The notes beneath the pieces are model-generated. The model was given only the letters and a program-made list of their open reading frames with translations, searched no databases and had not been told where the DNA came from. From Symbiopectobacterium sp. (GTDB lineage Bacteria; Pseudomonadota; Gammaproteobacteria; Enterobacterales; Enterobacteriaceae), in assembly GCF_047692315.1 (NCBI RefSeq), contig NZ_JBLLJS010000019.1, positions 2,223-66,222 of the forward strand: 64,000 nucleotides of DNA, read 5' to 3'. Within the stretch, counting starts at the first letter, position 1; each line of letters opens with the position of its first letter. Of this stretch, positions 56,863-64,000 are shown piece after piece. The position numbers and the translations under genes are program-made.

Positions 56863-58364
56863 TCACGCATCAGTCGAGGGTGAATTTCGTAAGGATAAAT
56901 AGTCGAGCAAACTACCAAAAAGCGCGCCGAAAATGACAAGAATACCCCATATCATCAGAAGGTTATCATTGATTTTATCAACTGCATTGGCACCCAGCGC
57001 GTGGGCTATCGTTAGGGTCAACCAGATGAATAACAGCGCACATCCTGCTGCTAACACCTGCAGTGCGAGGCGATAATAGCGGGGGTAGGTGGTGCGCGGC
57101 ATAAAGGTGTCGGTGCGTTGGGTATATTCCAGGGGTTGTCGGCATACCAGCAGTAAAATCAATCCCGGAACAGAGATTGTGATGGTAAATAAATGGTAAA
57201 TAAATAGAACCAGGCTCAATCGTAGGTTTCGACTAACCAGCCAGCGATGGGGCCAACGTAGACGCGCCCTACGGCAGAGAGGGCGGAAAGCAGCGCGAAC
57301 TGTGTGGCGGAAAACGACTTGTTGCACAAGGTCATCAGTAACGCAACGAACGCAGCGGTACCCATCCCGCCACACAGGTTTTCCAGAAAGATGACGCCTG
57401 CCATGGTCACCAGATTTTTGGCGGTGATCGCCAGCAGCCAGTAGCCCGCATTGGAGATAGCCTGCAAGATACCGAATATCAGCAGGGCACGGAACAACGT
57501 GAGGCGCTGCATCAATAGCCCGCCATACAAGGCACCCACGATGGTGGCAAAGAGCCCCAGCGTTTTGTTGACCAGCCCAACGTCGCCCGCATTGAAACCC
57601 ACGCCACGAATCAGGAAGGGTGTACTGAGGCTCATTGCGAACGCATCGCCTAATTTATACAGCACGATCAGCAATAAAATCAGCCAGGCGTTATTGCGTG
57701 AAAAAAAGTCGCGCAGCGGGGCAAACATCGCTTGCTCAAGGGTGCGCGGTGCCGGGGCATCTAACACTGGCTCTGGCGCCCGCAAGGTGGCGATAATGCC
57801 CGGCAGCAGTAACAGCGCCATCAGCACATAGGTGGCGTGCCAACCGAGATAGCGATCGGCCAGCCACAGCGCCAGTCCACCGGAAACCAGCATGGCTAGA
57901 TGGTAGCCCAGCACCAGCACTGAAATGGCCGCACCCGTGCCGCGTTGATCTGCAGGTAATAGATCCGTTTTGTAGGCGTCAAAAACGATATCCTGCGAGG
58001 CGGAGCAAAATGCCACCAAAACGGCAATCACGGCTAACCACCACAGGTGTTTGCCGGGTTCAAGCAGTGCCATGGCGGCAATCAAACCCACCAGCAGCAC
58101 CTGGCTTATCAGCAGCCAGCCGCGGCGTCGGCCGAGAAAGGGTGGGGTGTAGCGGTCCATCATCGGTGCCCACATAAACTTGAAAACATAGGCTTGTCCC
58201 ACCAGGGAGAAGAAACCGATGGTTTTCAAATCGACGTTGGCAACGGTCATCCATGCCTTCAACGCGCCGGAGGTCAGCGCCAGCGGCAGCCCGGAAGCGA
58301 AGCCCAGCACCAGGAGTGACAGTGAATAAGGTTGACGAGCAAGGGTAAAAAAACGATGTAGCAT
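56863..58364 (-). pseudogene. ampG: Muropeptide (anhydromuropeptide) permease AmpG, nonsense codon plus 11-bp tandem duplication
   Basis: Fragment 57216..58364 is collinear with E. coli AmpG residues 1 to about 380 and ends GWLVETYD with a TGA at 57216..57218, where the E. coli protein has W (EAHGWSTFYLF). A tandem duplication of tggtaaataaa lies at 57183..57204. Removing one copy restores the frame into 56863..57182 (VPGLILLLVCRQPLEYT...LLDYLSLR). Confidence 0.9.
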
Positions 58365-58419
58365 GGCAGATCCTTTCCTCTATCCCACCGGACAGGATAG
58401 AGGAAAACAGCGTGGGAAA

Positions 58420-58998
58420 TTATCGGGCGTTAGCCTTAATGAAGCTGCTGACAGTAGTGTCTTGCGCCATATCATTGATGACATCGCCCAATACTGTATT
58501 GACGGCGTTGGTGATTTTTTCGTTGGTCGCGGTCAGGGCGCCCTGGATATTATAGGTAGAACGGTAATTCTTGACCTGTTTGTTGCCGTTGGCTGCCTGA
58601 GAGATGATCGAAATATCCGCGCGTGCGGTGATGTTATGGCGCAGGTTGCCTTCCGCGACGTCAGCATACAGTTGGTTAACGACGATTTGCAGAGCAACCG
58701 GGCCACCAGTGCCGATCATGTAACCGCGTGCAGCCATCTGTTTTTCCAGCGCTTCTTGCAGCAGGAAACGCAGATCGCGCGAAGGTGTCAGAACAATCAG
58801 TTGCCCGTCACGGTTAACTTTGGCTAAGGCCTGATCGGCACGCTGATCGGCCCCATTGATGCTGGCGGTAATGCCCATCAGGGTCGGATCTTGCGCTGGC
58901 ACGTTAATTTTAGGAGAGACATCAAGCGTATTGCTTTGATTGGCGCATCCGGCGAGCATCAGCACGGCCAATACGGGAAAAAACAGTTTTTTTAACAT
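58420..58998 (-). CDS. yajG: Lipoprotein YajG
   Basis: The ORF is 192 aa. It has the lipobox LMLAGC and the segment INGADQRADQALAKV...SRDLRFLLQEALEKQMAARGYM. It is collinear with E. coli YajG. Confidence 0.93.
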   Translation of the reverse strand: MLKKLFFPVLAVLMLAGCANQSNTLDVSPKINVPAQDPTLMGITASINGADQRADQALAKVNRDGQLIVLTPSRDLRFLLQEALEKQMAARGYMIGTGGPVALQIVVNQLYADVAEGNLRHNITARADISIISQAANGNKQVKNYRSTYNIQGALTATNEKITNAVNTVLGDVINDMAQDTTVSSFIKANAR

Positions 58999-59235
58999 TG
59001 TGCATTTTCTCAGTAATGATTAGGGTGGTTCGCTGGTAAAAAATTCCCGTTATCATACCATCGCCGCCAGTGGGGGAAAGGGCGAATTCAGGGGAAATAC
59101 TCTGGAAATGGCCATTTTTTCGACGCGATGCGAAGAGATATCACAACGCCAGGCCATCTGGCGGTGAGGTAAGTACATTCTCCTGCCAGTGGAATATACT
59201 GTTTGGCAAGGTTAACAAGCTCAAAGGTAATAATA

Positions 59236-59550
59236 ATGATGCATGCCACCATTGAGGCGAAATTGCGAGCCGCCTTCGCGCCTACGCATCTGGATGTGAT
59301 CAATGAAAGCCATCAACACCGCGTGCCTGCAGGCTCGCAAAGCCATTTCAAGGTGGTGCTGGTGAGCGATCAATTTATCGGACAACGCACCATTGGCCGC
59401 CATCGCGCTGTCTATGGCGTACTGGCGGCGGAATTAGAGAATGGCCTGCATGCGTTGGAGCTACATATGTTTACCCCGCAAGAGTGGGTTGATGCGCAAG
59501 GGCAAGCGCCCAAATCGCCAGCGTGCGGCGGTGCGGGCATCGATGCCTGA
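59236..59550 (+). CDS. bolA: Stress-response/morphogene transcriptional regulator BolA
   Basis: From the ATG at 59236 the product begins MMHATIEAKLRAAFAPTHLDVINESHQHRVPAGSQSHFKVVLVSDQF. It is collinear with E. coli BolA. Confidence 0.92.
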   Translation: MMHATIEAKLRAAFAPTHLDVINESHQHRVPAGSQSHFKVVLVSDQFIGQRTIGRHRAVYGVLAAELENGLHALELHMFTPQEWVDAQGQAPKSPACGGAGIDA

Positions 59551-59836
59551 ACCGTGTTGAATGCGTGCAAAAACGTATCAATTAGAGGTGACCGACATCA
59601 AAGCGCGCTTATCTTGTCATAATAGTCTGCGCGCTGTTCTCGACTCACTCCCTCTATGCCGCTATAATGCCGCGTCTTATTTTCCGGAAATGTCATCGGG
59701 ACGCTTCTGACGACAAGGAACAGGGTTCAGATACCAGCTGTTGCTGTCCCGGTTCTGTGGGGTTATGTCCAAACCGACACCCATGCGTATATGGTTTTGG
59801 AGCTGATCGAGCACTGTGATTTTTTGAGGTAACAAG

Positions 59837-61141
59837 ATGCAAGTTTCAGTTGAAACCACCCAAGGCCTTGGTCGCCGCGTAACAATTACCGTCACTGCAG
59901 ATAGCATTGAAGAAGCGGTAAAAAAAGAGCTGGTTAATGTCGCTAAAAAAGCGCGCGTTGACGGTTTTCGTAAAGGCAAAGTGCCTATGAACATCATCGC
60001 TCAGCGTTATGGCGCCTCTGTGCGTCAAGACGTATTGGGCGATCTGATGCAGCGTCATTTCGTTGACGCCATCATTAAAGAAAAAATCAACCCCATTGGT
60101 GCGCCGAATTATGTGCCGGGCGAATACAAACTGGATGCAGATTTCACCTACGCAGTAGAGTTTGAAGTCTATCCGGAAGTAGAGCTGAAAGGCCTGGATA
60201 CCATCGAAGTAGAAAAACCGCTGGTTGACGTGGTTGATGCTGATGTTGATGCCATGCTGGAAACGCTGCGCAAGCAACAAGCCACCTGGAAAGAAACCGA
60301 TGCAGCAGCGGGTGCAGAAGATCGCGTAACCGTTGATTTTACTGGCACCATCGACGGCGAAGTGTTTGATGGCGGTAAAGCGTCTGATTTCGTTCTGGCC
60401 ATGGGCCAGGGCCGCATGATCCCGGGTTTTGAAGAAGGTCTGGTTGGTCACAAAGCCGGTGAAGAATTCACCATCGACGTCACCTTCCCAGAAGACTATC
60501 ACGCTGAAAACCTGAAAGGGAAAGCGGCTCAGTTCGCTATCGTCCTGAAGAAAGTTGAAGAGCGTGAACTGCCGGAACTGACCGCAGATTTCATCGCACG
60601 TTTCGGCGTGGCTGATGGTTCTGTTGAAGGCCTGCGCGCTGAAGTGCGTAAAAACATGGAGCGTGAGCTGAAAGGCGCTGTGCGTAACCGTATCAAGTCT
60701 CAGGTGATCGACGGTCTGGTGAAAGCCAACGACATCGATGTTCCTGCTGCACTGATCGATGGTGAAATTGACGTTCTGTGTCAGCAAGCGGCACAGCGTT
60801 TTGGTGGCAACGCCAAGCAAGCTGCCGAACTGCCGCGTGAGCTGTTCGAAGAACAAGCCAAACGTCGCGTTGTCGTCGGCTTGCTGCTGGGCGAAGTGAT
60901 CAGCACCAATGAACTGAAGGCGGATGACGCCCGCGTTAACGCGCTGATCGAAGAGATGGCTTCTGCCTACGAAGAACCGCAAGAAGTGGTTGCTTACTAC
61001 AGCAAAAACAAAGAGCTGATGAACAACATGCGTAACGTTGCTCTGGAAGAGCAAGCGGTTGAAGTGGTGTTGTCCAAAGCGAAAGTGGTAGAGAAAGCCG
61101 TCAGCTTCAACGATCTGATGAACCAACCTGCCACGGCGTAA
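59837..61141 (+). CDS. tig: Trigger factor
   Basis: The 434-aa product begins [19 protein letters not shown] and includes GFRKGKVP. It is collinear with E. coli Tig. Confidence 0.97.
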   Translation: MQVSVETTQGLGRRVTITVTADSIEEAVKKELVNVAKKARVDGFRKGKVPMNIIAQRYGASVRQDVLGDLMQRHFVDAIIKEKINPIGAPNYVPGEYKLDADFTYAVEFEVYPEVELKGLDTIEVEKPLVDVVDADVDAMLETLRKQQATWKETDAAAGAEDRVTVDFTGTIDGEVFDGGKASDFVLAMGQGRMIPGFEEGLVGHKAGEEFTIDVTFPEDYHAENLKGKAAQFAIVLKKVEERELPELTADFIARFGVADGSVEGLRAEVRKNMERELKGAVRNRIKSQVIDGLVKANDIDVPAALIDGEIDVLCQQAAQRFGGNAKQAAELPRELFEEQAKRRVVVGLLLGEVISTNELKADDARVNALIEEMASAYEEPQEVVAYYSKNKELMNNMRNVALEEQAVEVVLSKAKVVEKAVSFNDLMNQPATA

Positions 61142-61175
61142 TTCGCTGTCTGGCTACTGTCGGTTATCTTTTTCC

Positions 61176-61207
61176 AAAAAAGCCCGCGCCTCTGGCGTGG
61201 GCTTTTT
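61176..61207 (+). terminator. Intrinsic terminator after tig
   Basis: The sequence is aaaaaa, then agcccgcgcc, loop tct, then ggcgtgggct, followed by ttttt. The stem has one G-U pair. Confidence 0.8.
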
Positions 61208-61438
61208 GTTATCTCTGATTCTCGTTCGACAAACCCTATCCGCCACGGTTACGTCAGATTGCACTATGATAAGTGTATCTGTGCGCGGCATTTAAACGTT
61301 TCGTGAGTGGTAAAATCCGTTTTGTCTCTCAATCGTGCAACATCTTATTTTTTTATGCAAAGCGCGGTTTGATATGCAAGGCATTGTAAACGGGGTGGGC
61401 ACGATAACCCTTTAATCTAAAATAAGAGATAGTGTAAG

Positions 61439-61465
61439 CTTGAAATAGCGCGCAATGCCCCAACT
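61439..61465 (+). promoter_or_regulatory. Candidate sigma-32 (heat shock) promoter upstream of clpP
   Basis: The sequence CTTGAAA, 12 nt, CCCCAACT compares with the consensus CTTGAAA-N(11-16)-CCCCATNT. It lies about 150 nt upstream of the clpP ATG. clpPX is a known sigma-32 regulon member in E. coli. Confidence 0.55.
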
Positions 61466-61613
61466 AGAAGAAACAGAGGCGCGTGGTCATGGATTTTGGC
61501 GAGTCGGTGTCGTTCTCAAGAGGAATGCGGCGCAGGCCTGAGATGGTCAACCCGTGTTATCTCAAGTAGAATCTGATACATGGCACCAAAAGCATTTTAT
61601 CGAGGAGAGGTGA

Positions 61614-62237
61614 ATGTTATACAGTGGCGAACAAGAAAAATTAGCACCCCAGATGGCTCTGGTGCCGATGGTGGTGGAACAGACTTCGCGCGGGGAACGC
61701 TCTTACGATATTTTTTCCCGACTGCTCAAGGAACGTATTATCTTCCTGACGGGGCAGGTGGAAGATCACATGGCCAACCTGATCGTTGCCCAGATGCTTT
61801 TTCTGGAAGCGGAAAATCCGGAAAAAGATATTTATCTGTATATCAACTCTCCGGGTGGCGTGATTACAGCAGGGATGTCGATTTACGACACCATGAAATT
61901 TATCAAACCGGATGTCAGCACTATCTGCATGGGGCAGGCCTGTTCTATGGGCGCTTTCCTGCTCACCGCCGGTGCCAAGGGCAAACGCTTCTGCCTGCCG
62001 AATTCACGTGTGATGATTCACCAACCGCTGGGCGGCTTCCAGGGGCAGGCAACGGATATCGAAATCCATGCGCGTGAAATACTGAAAGTGAAGCAACGTA
62101 TGAACGAGCTGATGGCTGAACATACTGGCAAACCTCTCGAAGTAATAGAGAGTGACACTGAGCGTGACCGTTTCCTCTCTGCGCATGAAGCAGTAGAGTA
62201 TGGATTGGTTGACGCCGTGATAACACACCGCGAATAG
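61614..62237 (+). CDS. clpP: ATP-dependent Clp protease proteolytic subunit ClpP
   Basis: The ORF is 207 aa and includes [31 protein letters not shown]. The catalytic Ser context is GQACSMGAF. It is near-identical to E. coli ClpP. Confidence 0.97.
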   Translation: MLYSGEQEKLAPQMALVPMVVEQTSRGERSYDIFSRLLKERIIFLTGQVEDHMANLIVAQMLFLEAENPEKDIYLYINSPGGVITAGMSIYDTMKFIKPDVSTICMGQACSMGAFLLTAGAKGKRFCLPNSRVMIHQPLGGFQGQATDIEIHAREILKVKQRMNELMAEHTGKPLEVIESDTERDRFLSAHEAVEYGLVDAVITHRE

Positions 62238-62350
62238 CGCCGCCAGCCATAACGTGCCTGTGGTACACGAATGCGCCTTAGCGCGTAATTCGGGCTGTAG
62301 TGATATCACTGTTGGGCCTGCGGGCAAGAGACAAAAGAAGAGGTTTACTG

Positions 62351-63625
62351 ATGACAGATAAGCGCAAAGACGGTTCAGGAAAGTTGCTGTACTGTTCTTT
62401 CTGCGGCAAAAGCCAGCATGAGGTCCGTAAGCTGATTGCCGGGCCGTCAGTGTATATCTGCGATGAATGTGTCGATCTGTGCAATGACATCATTCGCGAA
62501 GAGATCAAAGAAGTGGCTCCGCATCGTGAACGCAGTGCGTTACCGACGCCCCATGAAATTCGCCGTCACCTGGATGATTATGTTATCGGCCAGGAGCAGG
62601 CGAAAAAGGTTCTGGCAGTAGCGGTATACAATCACTACAAGCGTTTGCGTAATGGCGACAGCAGCAACGGCATTGAACTGGGCAAGAGTAACATTCTGCT
62701 GATTGGCCCGACTGGGAGCGGTAAAACCCTGTTGGCTGAAACGCTGGCCCGTTTCCTGGATGTGCCTTTCACGATGGCGGATGCCACCACGCTGACCGAA
62801 GCGGGTTACGTGGGTGAAGATGTGGAAAATATCATTCAGAAGCTGCTGCAAAAATGCGATTACGACGTACAGAAAGCACAGCGCGGTATCGTGTATATCG
62901 ATGAAATCGACAAGATTTCGCGCAAGTCTGATAACCCCTCCATCACCCGTGATGTGTCAGGTGAAGGTGTGCAGCAGGCGTTGCTGAAATTGATTGAAGG
63001 CACCATTGCTGCGGTGCCGCCGCAAGGTGGGCGCAAGCATCCGCAGCAGGAGTTTTTGCAGGTTGATACTTCCAAGATCCTGTTTATCTGCGGCGGTGCG
63101 TTTGCTGGCCTGGATAAAGTGATCGAGTGGCGTGTTGATACCGGTCGTGGTATCGGCTTTGCGGCAACGGTGAAAGGCAGTGCGCAAAAGGCAACCGAAG
63201 GCGAGCTGCTGAGCCAGGTAGAACCGGGCGATTTGATCAAGTTTGGTCTGATTCCTGAGTTTATCGGCCGTTTACCCGTGGTTGCGACGTTGAGAGAGCT
63301 GAGCGAAGATGCGCTGATTCAGATCCTGCGTGAACCGAAAAATGCGCTGACCAAGCAGTATCAGGCGCTGTTCAATCTTGAAGGGGTTGAGCTGGAGTTC
63401 CGCGAAGAGGCATTGACAGCGATTGCCAAGAAAGCCATGGCGCGTAAAACCGGCGCACGCGGTTTGCGCTCTATCGTGGAAGCGGCGTTGCTGGACACCA
63501 TGTACGATCTACCCTCCATGGAGAGCGTCGATAAAGTGGTGATTGATGAATCGGTGATTGCCGGTCAATCTGAGCCCTTGCTGATCTACGGCAAACCCGA
63601 AGCACAGCAGGCATCTGGCGAATAA
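62351..63625 (+). CDS. clpX: ATP-dependent Clp protease ATP-binding subunit ClpX
   Basis: From the ATG at 62351 the product begins [41 protein letters not shown] (zinc finger) and carries Walker A GPTGSGKT. It is 424 aa. Confidence 0.97.
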   Translation: MTDKRKDGSGKLLYCSFCGKSQHEVRKLIAGPSVYICDECVDLCNDIIREEIKEVAPHRERSALPTPHEIRRHLDDYVIGQEQAKKVLAVAVYNHYKRLRNGDSSNGIELGKSNILLIGPTGSGKTLLAETLARFLDVPFTMADATTLTEAGYVGEDVENIIQKLLQKCDYDVQKAQRGIVYIDEIDKISRKSDNPSITRDVSGEGVQQALLKLIEGTIAAVPPQGGRKHPQQEFLQVDTSKILFICGGAFAGLDKVIEWRVDTGRGIGFAATVKGSAQKATEGELLSQVEPGDLIKFGLIPEFIGRLPVVATLRELSEDALIQILREPKNALTKQYQALFNLEGVELEFREEALTAIAKKAMARKTGARGLRSIVEAALLDTMYDLPSMESVDKVVIDESVIAGQSEPLLIYGKPEAQQASGE

Positions 63626-63654
63626 ATCGTCAATTCATTGCGCAACGGAAGTTA

Positions 63655-63685
63655 AAAATGGGAGATTTTATCTCCCATTTTTTTT
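63655..63685 (+). terminator. Intrinsic terminator after clpX
   Basis: The stem is atgggagat and atctcccat around loop ttt, followed by a run of 8 T. Confidence 0.85.
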
Positions 63686-63699
63686 GCACGTTCTGGTCG

Positions 63700-63726
63700 T
63701 TGAATGTCTGATGTCTATCCCCATAT
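63700..63726 (+). promoter_or_regulatory. Sigma-32 heat-shock promoter of lon
   Basis: The sequence gTTGAATgtctgatgtctatCCCCATATact closely matches the E. coli lon sigma-32 promoter (GTTGAATGTGGGGGAAACATCCCCATATACT, from memory). It lies about 90 nt upstream of the lon ATG. Confidence 0.75.
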
Positions 63727-63813
63727 ACTCCAATACTTGTTGGCGAAACCCGTGACATCCGCGTTTCACGAGATTCCTTTAACCTGGCGGAAACGAAACT
63801 AAGAGAGAGCTCT

Positions 63814-64000
63814 ATGAACCCTGAGCGTTCCGAACGCATTGAAATCCCCGTATTGCCGTTGCGCGATGTGGTGGTTTATCCGCACATGGTCATTCCGTTG
63901 TTTGTTGGCCGGGAGAAATCGATTTGTTGCCTTGAAGCCGCGATGGATCACGATAAAAAGATCATGTTGGTGGCACAAAAAGAGGCTTCAACGGATGAAC
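63814..64000 (+). CDS. lon: Lon protease, 5' end only (runs off the window)
   Basis: From the ATG at 63814 the product begins [62 protein letters not shown]. It is near-identical to the E. coli Lon N-terminus. Confidence 0.95.
   Translation, partial: MNPERSERIEIPVLPLRDVVVYPHMVIPLFVGREKSICCLEAAMDHDKKIMLVAQKEASTDE

Noticed and set aside
59846-61126. A 426-aa ORF antisense to tig. Similar long antisense ORFs lie at 35091..36011 (opposite secD), 11510..12004 (opposite aroL), 39709..40308, and at many plus-strand positions opposite the adhesin (for example 5109..5894, 5914..6366, 7995..8429 and 8267..8716).
   Set aside because: Each lies entirely opposite a strongly conserved or repetitive gene. 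Their products are low-complexity or unrecognisable, and none has an RBS context. These are shadow ORFs produced by codon bias.

Overview
The window is an Enterobacterales chromosomal segment that follows the E. coli K-12 aroL-to-lon gene order. That order is aroL, ppnP, rdgC, mak, sbcCD, phoBR, brnQ, proY, acpH, queA, tgt, yajC, secDF, nrdR, ribD, ribH, nusB, thiL, pgpA, dxs, ispA, xseB, thiI, yajL, panE, yajQ, yajR, cyoEDCBA, ampG, yajG, bolA, tig, clpPX, lon. At the left end (1..11000, minus strand) sits a BapABCD/Lap-like type I secretion locus. It holds a giant Ig-repeat adhesin, a TolC-like outer membrane protein, an ABC transporter and an HlyD adaptor. Blocks with no E. coli counterpart here are a dCache chemoreceptor, mdtJI, a NUDIX hydrolase, a pstS-like gene fused to a metE-like fragment, a 2-Cys peroxiredoxin and a relBE toxin-antitoxin pair. 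The main result is gene decay. About 12 of roughly 62 genes are disrupted: the tolC-like gene, the adhesin, ansB, ppnP, the chemoreceptor, mak, the pstS-like gene, the metE-like gene, proY, thiL, thiI and ampG. I can localise most lesions to the base. They comprise 1-nt homopolymer indels, 2-, 8- and 11-bp tandem duplications, a roughly 16-nt deletion, an in-frame deletion of about 78 codons, two deletion fusions, and six nonsense codons (five TAG, one TGA). I found no IS elements, tRNA or rRNA genes, CRISPR arrays or prophage genes. I also found no convincing novel multi-gene system. The items most worth a second look are the three clustered in-frame amber codons in an otherwise intact thiI, the parallel loss of thiL, the ampG lesions, the adhesin/ansB deletion junction, and the apparently intact type I secretion ABC and adaptor genes left without a substrate. 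The pattern resembles a recently host-restricted (Sodalis-like) lineage, but that taxonomic reading is inference only.
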